Of a stretch of 44,693 bases of DNA, positions 7,672 to 16,947 are shown piece after piece. Where the stretch lies: IMG/VR virus record IMGVR_UViG_3300013099_000034, positions 1 through 44,693 of that record, one strand, 5' to 3'. The stretch comes from a virus. Its lineage: Duplodnaviria; Caudoviricetes. Below the pieces are notes generated by a model. The model saw only the letters and a list, made by a program, of their open reading frames with translations. It was not told where the DNA came from and did no database searches. Position numbers and translations under genes: made by a program. How positions within the stretch are numbered: position 1 is the first letter of the stretch; every line of letters begins with the position of its first letter.

Positions 7672-8457
7672 ATGTTCGATTTTACAGACAACCAGCTGGT
7701 GGAAAAACTGGACACCGTGCCCGAAGACTTCCGGCCGCTGTATACAGAAACTGACGACGGTAAGTTCAAGCTCAACGGCGCAGACCCGGTAGTGGGTAGC
7801 GCGGTGAAAGCAGTCCAGGGCCTGAACAAGGCTTTGCGTGCCAGCCGGGCTGAAGCCAACGATGCCAAGGGCCGTATCCCAGACCTCAGTTCGCTGTCCG
7901 GTTTTGGCACAGACCCAACCGGTATCCTGGAGGGCTTCAACGCCCAGCTGGAGGAAGCCCGCGCCGCCAACAAGGGCAAGGGTACCAAGGCTACCGAAGA
8001 CGCGGTGAAGGCCGCGCAGGAAGCCATGGCCAACGCCCACACCAAGGAGCTGGAGAAACAAAACACCCGCAACGGCGCACTTCAAAAGCAGCTCTATGGA
8101 GTACTCGTGGGCGCAGAGGCGACAACCGCCCTGGCCAAGGCCAACGCCTTGAACCCGGCCCTGGTTTTGCCCTTCATTGAAAAGCAAGTTCGGGTCACCG
8201 AGGAGGATGGAAAATTCACCGTTCGTGTCTTGGACAGCAAAGGCACCGAGCGGTTCAGCGGCACCACCGGCGACCACCTGACCATCACGGAGCTGGTCCA
8301 GGAAATGCGTGCCAACAGCGAGTACGGCCCGTTGTTTAAATCGGATGCGCCCCAAGGCGGCGGAAACCCACCAACCCATTCACCTGGGCGTAAGGCCCCC
8401 GGCGGTACCAAGACAGCAGCGCAGAAGATTGCTGCGGGCCTGGACGCCAGAAAATAG
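7672..8457 (+). CDS. capsid scaffolding protein
   Basis: Coiled-coil, Ala/Lys/Glu-rich, C-terminal G/P-rich tail and KIAAGL end, directly before the capsid gene. Confidence 0.8.
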   Translation: MFDFTDNQLVEKLDTVPEDFRPLYTETDDGKFKLNGADPVVGSAVKAVQGLNKALRASRAEANDAKGRIPDLSSLSGFGTDPTGILEGFNAQLEEARAANKGKGTKATEDAVKAAQEAMANAHTKELEKQNTRNGALQKQLYGVLVGAEATTALAKANALNPALVLPFIEKQVRVTEEDGKFTVRVLDSKGTERFSGTTGDHLTITELVQEMRANSEYGPLFKSDAPQGGGNPPTHSPGRKAPGGTKTAAQKIAAGLDARK

Positions 8458-8458
8458 C

Positions 8459-8487
8459 TTGACCCGGCTCGCGGGTGCGAGTATGTT
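8459..8487 (+). promoter_or_regulatory. sigma70-type promoter for the major capsid gene
   Basis: TTGACC-17 nt-TATGTT in the scaffold-capsid intergenic region. Confidence 0.7.
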
Positions 8488-8590
8488 ACCATTTAACCGG
8501 CCCACCAAGGGTGATCCAAGGACGGCCAACCCGCTGAGTGATTCAGCGCCTTGCTAGTCCAACGAATTACTTTTTTCAAGGAGGGCCGTA

Positions 8591-9568
8591 ATGGCTTCTG
8601 TTACTCTGACCGAAAGTGCCAAACTGGCACAGGACGAACTGGTCGCCGGTGTGATTGAAAACATCATCACCGTCAACCAAATGTTCGCGTCCTTGCCCTT
8701 CGATGGCATCGACGGAAACGCACTCGCGTACAACCGCGAACTTGCACTGGGTGGAGCCGGTATTGCTGGCGTTGGTACCGTCTATGACGATGGCACCGAC
8801 CGCAACCCCATCCCCGGTGAAACTGCGGGCGCCAAAGCTGCCGCAACCTTCACCCAGGTGTCAACCCCGCTGACCACCATCAGTGGCGACGCCGAAGTCA
8901 ACGGCCTGATCCAGGCCACCCGTTCCGGACACGGCAACGACCAGACAGCGGTTCAGATCGCTTCCAAGGCCAAGCACGTGGGCCGGATTTTCCAGTACAT
9001 GATGATCAACGGCGACAGTGGCAACACCAACGAGTTTGACGGCCTGTTGAACTTGGTGAGCGCGGGCCAGAGCCGCACAACCGCCGGGGCCAACGGTGAC
9101 TTGTTCACCCTGAGCATTCTGGACGAACTGATGGACCTCGTTACCGTCAAAGACGGCGTGGTTGACTATTTCGTCATGCACGCTCGCGAACGTCGTACCT
9201 ACCGGGCTGCCTTGCGTAGCTTGGGCGGCGCGTCTGTGAGTGAAGTTGTGCAGCTGCCCGGCGGCGAAGAAGTGATCGCCTACTCCGGCGTTCCTATCTT
9301 CCGCAACGACTGGATTCCCCAGGACCAGACCGTCGGTGGGTCCACTGATTGCACCACCATCTTCGCTGGTACGTTTGATGATGGTTCTCGCTCCAACGGC
9401 ATCGTCGGCCTCACCGCCGAAAAGGCCAGCGGTATCAACGTCGTTGACGTTGGTGAAAGCGAAACCAAAGACGAGCGTATCTGGCGCGTGAAGTGGTACA
9501 GTTCCGTAGCCTTGTTCTCGGACAAGGCCCTTGCCGCTGCACCGGGCATCAGCCCGTCTGGAGCCTAG
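8591..9568 (+). CDS. major capsid protein (HK97 fold)
   Basis: 325 aa, strong SD AAGGAGG, motifs LAYNRE, EFDGL, YSGVPIFRNDWIP, RVKWY; position after the scaffold. Confidence 0.9.
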   Translation: MASVTLTESAKLAQDELVAGVIENIITVNQMFASLPFDGIDGNALAYNRELALGGAGIAGVGTVYDDGTDRNPIPGETAGAKAAATFTQVSTPLTTISGDAEVNGLIQATRSGHGNDQTAVQIASKAKHVGRIFQYMMINGDSGNTNEFDGLLNLVSAGQSRTTAGANGDLFTLSILDELMDLVTVKDGVVDYFVMHARERRTYRAALRSLGGASVSEVVQLPGGEEVIAYSGVPIFRNDWIPQDQTVGGSTDCTTIFAGTFDDGSRSNGIVGLTAEKASGINVVDVGESETKDERIWRVKWYSSVALFSDKALAAAPGISPSGA

Positions 9569-9573
9569 GAAGT

Positions 9574-9605
9574 TTGGGGGCTGAAGTTCAGCCCCCAGCC
9601 CCCAA
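9574..9605 (+). terminator. GC-rich stem-loop after the capsid gene (no U-tract)
   Basis: TGGGGGCTGAA-G-TTCAGCCCCCA (9575-9597), followed by a second AGCCCCCAA that allows an alternative pairing. Confidence 0.5.
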
Positions 9606-9618
9606 CCGGGAGTCAAAC

Positions 9619-10215
9619 ATGTCTTTGTTTATAGTAAAAATAGCCGGTGTGAATACACTTCGCGACGGCGTCAATCAAGTGGTGGTCGCCGCCGACGATG
9701 CGGCCGCTGCCAAGCTCGCTGCTGCCTCCCTTTTTACGGGCGACGCCAGCTGGGCCGGAGCAACCACCACTGAGGTGGTAGACACTGTCACTGTGGCCAC
9801 GGCCGCTGCCTTGATTGGCTGGCGGTTCCGGGTCAGCGTTTCGGGCATTGGCCACGCCGATGTCTTGGGCGTCATTACCACCCTGGACACCTTGGATAAA
9901 ATTGGTACCGAAATGGCCGTCCAGCTCAACTTGCTGACTGGTATTGCCAATGCCGCATACGTGGGCGCAACCCAGGTGCTGACCGTAGCCACGGGCGGAG
10001 GCGGGGATGACGTAGGCGACAACGAAGTCACCGTACTTATCCAATCTCCAATCTTGTCCAACGCCGGGGGCCAGTACTCTGGTGACGCCAACCTGGAAGC
10101 TGCCTTCGTGTCTGCGGTTGTAGACGGCGGCGCGGCTGCTGACCCGTTGACCGTGACGTTCAACGCTGACACTACCATCGTACCTTTGGTCTTGGGCCAG
10201 GGCTCGGCTCGGTAG
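9619..10215 (+). CDS. virion structural protein (possible head decoration)
   Basis: ATG 9619 with GGGAG SD (track start 9493 is too long); A/G/T/V-rich; follows the capsid gene. Confidence 0.65.
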   Translation: MSLFIVKIAGVNTLRDGVNQVVVAADDAAAAKLAAASLFTGDASWAGATTTEVVDTVTVATAAALIGWRFRVSVSGIGHADVLGVITTLDTLDKIGTEMAVQLNLLTGIANAAYVGATQVLTVATGGGGDDVGDNEVTVLIQSPILSNAGGQYSGDANLEAAFVSAVVDGGAAADPLTVTFNADTTIVPLVLGQGSAR

Positions 10216-10241
10216 TTATCACCCTAACGTGAGGAGCACTC

Positions 10242-10823
10242 ATGTCACTTGTAACAATTAACTTCGTCTTGACCGGGGGCCGCACTGGCATGACCGGCAT
10301 ACTGGCCAAACGCTGGCAATGCCGCGACGGAATGTTTAGGCTCTCGGCAGATGAATCTATCATGCATAAAAAGACGAGTTTTTTCGGTAGGTACTACGCC
10401 GCTTTCCCCGAAGGCAGCGCAGAACTCAGCCAAGCCCTGGAGGTCGATCGTGGCAACAGTAAGCTTCAGAAAATCCTCCGGACAAGGAAACCAACAGCGG
10501 TACCGAGCAACGCCCAGCCGGTCGTCGGCGGGGCTGCAGAAGTTCCCCCAACAAACGGCCGCTCAACAAACCCAACTGGGCCAGCTACCTCCCAACACGT
10601 TCCCCCAGGGGACGGACACAAGAACGCCGGGGTGGACGGGACAGGATACTTCCAAAAAACCCTTCGCGAAGCGGTAGCTGAGTTGGACAAAGACAACGAC
10701 GATCACTGGACGGTTGAAGGCCTGCCTCGTGTTGAAACGGTGGCTGCCCTCATGAACAAACCAGACCTTAGTCGGCGCGACCTGAACGATTTTGCCGCTG
10801 GCATGTTGCGGCCGGTTGACTGA
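10242..10823 (+). CDS. head-associated hypothetical protein with a C-terminal Mu gp35-like motif
   Basis: SD GAGGAG; C-terminal LDKDNDDHWTVEGLPRVETV motif; low-complexity central region. Confidence 0.65.
   Translation: MSLVTINFVLTGGRTGMTGILAKRWQCRDGMFRLSADESIMHKKTSFFGRYYAAFPEGSAELSQALEVDRGNSKLQKILRTRKPTAVPSNAQPVVGGAAEVPPTNGRSTNPTGPATSQHVPPGDGHKNAGVDGTGYFQKTLREAVAELDKDNDDHWTVEGLPRVETVAALMNKPDLSRRDLNDFAAGMLRPVD
10450..10677 (+). CDS. probable overprinted 75-aa basic, Gln-rich protein in the +1 frame of 10242..10823
   Basis: SD GGAGGT at 10439-10444, GTG at 10450; codons in this frame look G/C-ending while the host frame has many A-ending codons over the same span. Confidence 0.5.
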   Translation: MATVSFRKSSGQGNQQRYRATPSRSSAGLQKFPQQTAAQQTQLGQLPPNTFPQGTDTRTPGWTGQDTSKKPFAKR

Positions 10824-10843
10824 GGTTTTTGAAAGGATGAGCC

Positions 10844-12715
10844 ATGGCCATCGCTGATGATTTTAGTGTTGCAGTGAACGGCGATATTCGCTACACAGGC
10901 ACCACGACAAACTACACGGTGATTGAGCTTCACCGTTTCCTCCAAGACCTGGCAGACAACGCCAGCTCCTCGGGAAACGACCTGCTCGACATCACGGATG
11001 ATACCCCGTCGGATCGTTCGACGGATAACATTATCACCCTCAACAGTCCGTACAATATCGACGACACTGCCGCCCAACATTTGTATGATGGCTCCATCAC
11101 TCAGGCTGGCGGTGATACCGTTTATTCCGGCCTCGTGGTTGTGGGAACGGTAGAGGCACTGACCCAGTTGATCTTGGTTCAGGACAACGCCCTGATCACG
11201 GACTACTGGGGCACCGGATTGAATGTTGACGCGGCCGCAAATATTATTTTGCGGATGCTGGTGAACACCCGGTTGGACGGCTCTGATATTGACGCCAAAA
11301 AGCTCATCGTGATGTCCAGGGAGTTCGGTGACTCGTACGCTGAATTTTCCGTGACCATGGGCTTGGGTAACAGCGTGGCTGCTATCTTCACGGCTGCTGA
11401 CTTGAACAACGAGACCGTCCAGGGCACCGTGAACGCCTGGCCCATTACCAACACTGAGGGCTACCAGCTTCTGGAAATTTCGGGGACGGCCCCGGCCGAA
11501 GCTTATTACTCGCAGTGGGCATTGAACTCTCAGGGCATTAATGACCTGTATGAGTTTGCCAAAGACATTCAGCGGCGCGGAACCGCTGAAACCATCCACG
11601 GTATAAACGGATCATTGTTCCGTGGGATCACCACGGACGTGGCGTACAATACTGAATCGGGCGGGCCGTTTGTCGAAGACGAAGTTATTGCGTGGGGAAC
11701 CACCCTTAATTACGACAACGAGATCACAGGACCGTTCGTTGTTGGCGAAGCAATTGGGTTTGGAACGTCTGGCGCCGTGGGCGTGATTCGTGAGCTGACC
11801 GATGCGGGCGCTACTGGCTCCATGGTTGTGCAGATCGAACCCGGCACTGGCACCGTTATTGACGGCGAGCAAATCTCACAGCTTGATGGCGGCACCGCTA
11901 CTGCGGACGTTGCTGGTACCCCCGTGGGCACGGCCAACGTCGGTGGCGCGGGCATCTTGATTGCGTTGTACGACAACGGCACCGACGGCAACCTGTATCT
12001 CCAGGTCACCAACGGAACCGCCCCGGCGGCGGGCTACGTTTTGACCGGGGCAACCTCGGGTGCCACCGCAGCGGTGAACGGTTCGCCGGTTGCGCGTACC
12101 ATCGCCCCTGTGTTCATCGGGTCTTCAACGGGCTCCTCGCTCATCGGTGCATACGGCATCGGCGCGGTACCTGGCGACCTTTCGTCTTCGGACAAAGTGT
12201 TCGACCTTGGCAACAACCTCGTCACTCCTCCCAACAACGTGACCTTCACGGTATTCGGGTTGGAGAGCGGCGAAGATCGCGTGCTGGTCGGCCCAGAGGC
12301 GGGCGGTGTGATTGAGTTCGCCCAGCTGACCCTGGACGGGCTGCACAACTCTGGTACGACGCTGACAATCGTGGAAGATATTCCGCTGGACACTCCCACT
12401 GCTGGGACGCTGCGGGTCTTGGACGATGACGGAACGTACAAGTTGTTGAACGTCTCCAGTTGGACAGGCAAAGTTTTCACTTTGGACGCGGCAATCACTG
12501 ACACTTTCAGTGACACGGCCAACGTGTGGATTAGCTATATCGACAAGGCAGCCGCTGCCGCGTCTGAGTCCTTCACCGGGGTTTACCTGTCAGACCGGGC
12601 GCTGTTCATCCGGGTTCGTGATGGCGGGGTTTCCCCCATCAAAACCTTCGAGACTACAGGCACGCTCGGTGAGTCCGGCGGTTCAACTACCGCCATCCGA
12701 ACAGACGACAGCTAG
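10844..12715 (+). CDS. large acidic virion structural protein
   Basis: 623 aa, G/T/D-rich, repeated GPFV.(D/G)E.I..GTS motifs, SD AAGGA, in the late operon. Confidence 0.7.
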   Translation: MAIADDFSVAVNGDIRYTGTTTNYTVIELHRFLQDLADNASSSGNDLLDITDDTPSDRSTDNIITLNSPYNIDDTAAQHLYDGSITQAGGDTVYSGLVVVGTVEALTQLILVQDNALITDYWGTGLNVDAAANIILRMLVNTRLDGSDIDAKKLIVMSREFGDSYAEFSVTMGLGNSVAAIFTAADLNNETVQGTVNAWPITNTEGYQLLEISGTAPAEAYYSQWALNSQGINDLYEFAKDIQRRGTAETIHGINGSLFRGITTDVAYNTESGGPFVEDEVIAWGTTLNYDNEITGPFVVGEAIGFGTSGAVGVIRELTDAGATGSMVVQIEPGTGTVIDGEQISQLDGGTATADVAGTPVGTANVGGAGILIALYDNGTDGNLYLQVTNGTAPAAGYVLTGATSGATAAVNGSPVARTIAPVFIGSSTGSSLIGAYGIGAVPGDLSSSDKVFDLGNNLVTPPNNVTFTVFGLESGEDRVLVGPEAGGVIEFAQLTLDGLHNSGTTLTIVEDIPLDTPTAGTLRVLDDDGTYKLLNVSSWTGKVFTLDAAITDTFSDTANVWISYIDKAAAAASESFTGVYLSDRALFIRVRDGGVSPIKTFETTGTLGESGGSTTAIRTDDS

Positions 12716-12727
12716 AGGAGTTTTGAC

Positions 12728-14335
12728 GTGGCGTTGACAGTTGTACCAGACTTGACATTGGTGTGCGACGGATCGTCGGGTCAAGACGCATATTGGTCTG
12801 GGGAAAATGGTGTCTCTACTGAAGTTTTTCAGCAGGGCACCAGTTCCCAGGCCTGGATCGTTAGTAAAAATGCCAGCGAAACAGCCGTGTATGATTACTA
12901 CGCGGCGAACTTGAACACGGCCGCAGACCTAAGCGCCACAGACACCCACCTGTATTTCCACATGCGGTGCGACATTGCGCCCTTTATTGACTACATGAAA
13001 ATCAGGATCACGGACGGCTCAGGAAACTACAACGAGTGGGACATCGTAGACAACATCACGGCCATTGAGTGGTATGGTGAGTGGAAAACTTTTGTAATTG
13101 ATATTGCTTCCACGCCGAGCGCCTCCAGCGGGACGCTAGTAGAGAGCGACATTCGCACCTTCAGTTGGACGGTGGACAACTCCAACTCTGGGAATATTCG
13201 GTCCATTGAAAACACCTACATTGACGTGTGTCGATTTGGAACAGGTATCACGGCCTACGACAACGCAGGCGATGTGTTTAATTTTGAAGACATCGAAGCA
13301 ATCTCAAACCACTCCGCGAACAAATACGGCATCATCGAAATGATCGGTGGAGTGTTGTTTGTGCGGGGCCGTATTACCGTTGGTGACGCCAGCCCAAATC
13401 TGTACACGGCCAACTTTGAGACCGAAGATGAATTGCTGATCTTCCTTGACGCCTCTGTCTCGGGCGAGGCTATTTCGGACACGCTGCTCGGGGTGACTGT
13501 CGCTGGAACCAAAGACGGCACCACCAACTTCACCATGGGCAATAAACTCGGCTCAGGCGACACACTGAACGGCAGCAACGGAACGCTGATGCTCGGCGAG
13601 AATACCAACGTGGTCGTTGTGTTTGACTTTCCAAATACAACGGCCATTGATTCGATGAATATATACGGGTCAACCTTCCGCCGCACCGGAGGAGTTATTG
13701 ACATAGAAGGCGCCACAGAAGTTGGTGGGTGTACGTTTGATGGTTGCGGCCAAATCACCACCGGCGGTGCCACGGTCAGGAACTGTACCTTCTTGAACAC
13801 GCTGGCCGTCTCACCGGCGGGCGCGATTCTTCTTGAGCCTGACTACGACATGAAGTACTGCCTGTTCTCAAACAACGCCGTGGCGATTCAAACCCACACC
13901 ACCCAGCCCGCCAGCTACACCGCAGTCGGGATAGCCTTCATCGGGAACACGGTTGATATTCTATATGACGCGACAGTAGATCGTGACTGGAACTGGTCAG
14001 AAACTGCCTCCGGCCCGTCCATCACCAACACCAGCACCGGAACGCTGACAGCCGTCAACACGGTCAACCTGGACGTGGGCGGCCTAACCACCACAGCCCG
14101 GCTCTATATCCTCACCCTCGCGGGTGGCCCGGCCAGTGCGGGAGTGGTGATTGAGAATTCAATTCCCGGCACCACGGAGTGGACCGACACCTACGCCTTT
14201 GTCTCAGACCAGCCGGTGAAGGTCAGGGTGCGGGACGCCTCCTCCAGCGGGTCAGAAAAACGACCCTTTGAAGTGGACACAACAATCACCTCGACCGGGA
14301 TGGACCTTGTGGCTATTCTGATCAACGACACATAG
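12728..14335 (+). CDS. structural protein with a probable beta-helix segment (fibre/adhesin-like)
   Basis: 535 aa; repeated GSTFR, GCTFD, NCTFL, YCLFS units resembling right-handed beta-helix rungs; SD GAGGAG. Confidence 0.6.
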   Translation: MALTVVPDLTLVCDGSSGQDAYWSGENGVSTEVFQQGTSSQAWIVSKNASETAVYDYYAANLNTAADLSATDTHLYFHMRCDIAPFIDYMKIRITDGSGNYNEWDIVDNITAIEWYGEWKTFVIDIASTPSASSGTLVESDIRTFSWTVDNSNSGNIRSIENTYIDVCRFGTGITAYDNAGDVFNFEDIEAISNHSANKYGIIEMIGGVLFVRGRITVGDASPNLYTANFETEDELLIFLDASVSGEAISDTLLGVTVAGTKDGTTNFTMGNKLGSGDTLNGSNGTLMLGENTNVVVVFDFPNTTAIDSMNIYGSTFRRTGGVIDIEGATEVGGCTFDGCGQITTGGATVRNCTFLNTLAVSPAGAILLEPDYDMKYCLFSNNAVAIQTHTTQPASYTAVGIAFIGNTVDILYDATVDRDWNWSETASGPSITNTSTGTLTAVNTVNLDVGGLTTTARLYILTLAGGPASAGVVIENSIPGTTEWTDTYAFVSDQPVKVRVRDASSSGSEKRPFEVDTTITSTGMDLVAILINDT

Positions 14336-14343
14336 GAGCAACC

Positions 14344-14547
14344 ATGGGACCGGACGCAACCAGCCGGAATATAAAAATACTGGGCGAGGGACTTCAACGG
14401 CACGAAGAAACCATCGACGCCCAACGGCAAACAATTGAAGCACTACAGGCAGAAGTTCTGAGCTTGCGCGAGACGTTTAACGAGTTCCAAAAAGCCCAGG
14501 CAATCAAAGACATCATGAACATGGGCTCAGGTCCAACTGGAGGCTAG
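14344..14547 (+). CDS. small coiled-coil protein
   Basis: 67 aa, SD AGGAG, heptad pattern IDAQRQTIEALQAEVLSLRETF. Confidence 0.7.
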   Translation: MGPDATSRNIKILGEGLQRHEETIDAQRQTIEALQAEVLSLRETFNEFQKAQAIKDIMNMGSGPTGG

Positions 14548-14548
14548 C

Positions 14549-15760
14549 GTGGCAATCAGCGTTGACTGGGAAAATAAGATTATCCACGTGAACAAGATTG
14601 ATATGGTTCTGCTCCAGTCGGTGCCGTCCGTGATCTACCAGCTGGACCTTGACGTGTTCCGCAAAACGCTGAATGATCTTCAAGACGACGAAGCAGGCAT
14701 GCCGTTTCTGACAACCCATTCTCACAACACGACCGTGGAGGTTGGTGGCGCCATCCTCGCTCGGGTGGTGCAGATTATTAACGGCTACACCGTCACCTTT
14801 GAAGACGGCCAGTACCGGGTCAACACCGTGGGGGCCAACTCAAATATTGGCGAGGTGATCAACGTCAACCAGGTGTCCGTCTCCACCTCAAACTCCGCCG
14901 GGCTGCAGGACTTGAATTCACTTCAGGCTGCGTCTTTCGCCGGTGAGGTTTCGCTGGACATCGTGAGCGCATATAGCGGCACGATTTTCCCGGTGGGCAC
15001 CCGCCAGTTCCCCGTCAACAATACCGCCGACGCCCGCGCCATCGCCGAGGAGCGCGGGCTGAAGGCTATTCGAATCATGTCCAGCATGACTTTTGACACA
15101 GAGGTCTGGGCCGAGGGCCATGTCTTCGTGGGCGACACGATCACCAGCACGCTGCTGACCCTGGACCCCGGCGCGGGCGTGGTCAACGCTGAGTTCAAGA
15201 ACCTGCGAATCACAGGCACGCTGGACGGCGGAAGTGTTCTTCGGGATTGCTTGCTTCTTGACATAAACTTCGTCAACGGTTTTATCCACCAGTGTGCCCT
15301 TGGCGGAACCATCACGATGGGCGGCTCGACGCAGCTAACGATCATGGATAGCTTTTCCAACGTACCCGGCGGCGGCGCGGGCCAGACCCCAACCTTGGAC
15401 ATGAACGGCAGTGGGCATAACGTCGCCCTGAGAAACTGGTCCGGCGGCCTGGATGTCATCAACTGCTCAGACACAATCACGAGCATGGACTTTGTTTCGG
15501 GCCGGGTCACGTTCGATGCCACCGTGACCGGCGGCGCGTTCTGGGTCCGTGGAGATTGCACGATTGAAGACAGCAGCACCGGCGGCTCCATCGTGGACAT
15601 GACGGTGAACAAGCTGGCCGCAGATAACCTGAAGCTGTCTGCGAACAAGGCCGTGATTGCGCCAGACGATTTGTCGGTGGAGGTCTTTGAAGATGACGGC
15701 GTGACCGTGTTCAAGGCGTTTGATATTTCGCCGGACAAACGAACCAGGACGCCGTCGTGA
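14549..15760 (+). CDS. virion structural protein; N-terminus resembles that of 10844..12715
   Basis: 403 aa, SD GGAGG; MAIS..W / LNDLQDD / IINGYTV echoes MAIADDF / LQDLADN / LNSPYNI; beta-rich C-terminal half. Confidence 0.65.
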   Translation: MAISVDWENKIIHVNKIDMVLLQSVPSVIYQLDLDVFRKTLNDLQDDEAGMPFLTTHSHNTTVEVGGAILARVVQIINGYTVTFEDGQYRVNTVGANSNIGEVINVNQVSVSTSNSAGLQDLNSLQAASFAGEVSLDIVSAYSGTIFPVGTRQFPVNNTADARAIAEERGLKAIRIMSSMTFDTEVWAEGHVFVGDTITSTLLTLDPGAGVVNAEFKNLRITGTLDGGSVLRDCLLLDINFVNGFIHQCALGGTITMGGSTQLTIMDSFSNVPGGGAGQTPTLDMNGSGHNVALRNWSGGLDVINCSDTITSMDFVSGRVTFDATVTGGAFWVRGDCTIEDSSTGGSIVDMTVNKLAADNLKLSANKAVIAPDDLSVEVFEDDGVTVFKAFDISPDKRTRTPS

Positions 15761-15981
15761 ACATCTACCCTGATTGGCTCCTCCAAACCGGGGCCGCTGA
15801 AACCAGCGTTGTGCTGATGGAAGGATTGAGCGTGGAAGCGAATGGGATTTATGAAGTGGAAAACATAAGCGACGTGGTCGTGGAGGCCACCGCCGTAGCA
15901 GTTGTTGAAACCCCGTCCACCTTGGCCGTGGTTGCCACAGAAACTACGACCGTGGATACCAGTACCTCGGAGGTTGAGTGA
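15757..15981 (+). CDS. small acidic hypothetical protein
   Basis: 74 aa, GTGA overlaps at both ends, V/E/T-rich. Confidence 0.55.
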   Translation: MNIYPDWLLQTGAAETSVVLMEGLSVEANGIYEVENISDVVVEATAVAVVETPSTLAVVATETTTVDTSTSEVE

Positions 15982-16346
15982 TGGCCTATTCTTTTACCAC
16001 GCCGGAAGTCGATATTGATTACACGCGGGGGGACGATGCTCCCATCGCTCTGCGGTTCACGGTTGATGGTTCGGCCCGCGACTTCACTGGCGCAACGGCA
16101 ATCAATATGGGCATCCATAGTGAAGCTGCCCCCGTGGACGACACCACCTTGATCTTGACCATAGTTGGGGCGCTGGACGCCGACCCAACCACGGGGATTT
16201 TATATTTCACCCCGGCCAGCCCTGCGGCTACCGACCTCACGCCGGGGGTTTATTTTTACGACGCCCAGCTTCTGACGGCGGCCGGTAAAAAAGATACAAT
16301 CGTCAAGGGAAAGTTCCGGCTGAACCAGGACAGAACAAAGGACTAA
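15978..16346 (+). CDS. BppU N-terminal-like Ig-fold structural protein
   Basis: RGDD...DFTGA...GVYFYDAQL...TIVKGKFRL pattern typical of BppU/DUF2479-like domains. Confidence 0.6.
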   Translation: MMAYSFTTPEVDIDYTRGDDAPIALRFTVDGSARDFTGATAINMGIHSEAAPVDDTTLILTIVGALDADPTTGILYFTPASPAATDLTPGVYFYDAQLLTAAGKKDTIVKGKFRLNQDRTKD

Positions 16347-16350
16347 AATT

Positions 16351-16947
16351 ATGGCCTTCACAGTCGAAGACGGAACCGGGCTGACAGATGCCAACGCCTA
16401 TATCACGACGGCTGAATTTACCAGCCACCACGCCGACCGGGGCATAGGCTCTGTGTCCGACGGCACGTATGGCGCCGCTGAGATCACGGGGGCCATCGTC
16501 CAGGCAACGGACTATGTTGAGAAACGGTTTGCCCTGCGCTACCGGGGCTACCAGCGCGGCCACACCCAGGCCCTGGAATGGCCCCGCACGGACGCATACA
16601 GCAACGCCGGGTACGCTTTTGACCCAGTGCCTAGGCAATTGAAGATGGGCGTTGCTGAGTACGCCCTCCTGGTGCTGCAGCTTGGGCGGAACCTTGCCCC
16701 CGTTCCAGGGGTGAGCTTCCCCATCGTAGACCCGGCCACGGGTGAGGTCACCAACCAGGGCGGCGGCACCGTGAAGTCCATCCGGGAAAAGGTTGACGTG
16801 ATTGAAACCGAAGTGGAGTACGGCGACGGAAATTATCCCATGTCTTCCTCGGGAAATATTACCACGCAGCAAATCCCTGACTACCCGCAGGCCGACTTAT
16901 GGATCGAAGAATTGCTCGTGGATAACAGGATGGTGTACCGTGGCTAA
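16351..16947 (+). CDS. head-tail adaptor (DnaT-like domain family)
   Basis: VEDGTGLTDANAY...ATDYVE...QALEWPR...VP motif set. Confidence 0.85.
   Translation: MAFTVEDGTGLTDANAYITTAEFTSHHADRGIGSVSDGTYGAAEITGAIVQATDYVEKRFALRYRGYQRGHTQALEWPRTDAYSNAGYAFDPVPRQLKMGVAEYALLVLQLGRNLAPVPGVSFPIVDPATGEVTNQGGGTVKSIREKVDVIETEVEYGDGNYPMSSSGNITTQQIPDYPQADLWIEELLVDNRMVYRG

Noticed and set aside
10651-10662. Slippery run CCAAAAAACCC that could fuse the nested ORF to the host C-terminal domain by a -1 shift
   Set aside because: The A AAA AAC heptamer is in neither reading frame, and C AAA AAA is not a canonical tandem-slip site; too speculative
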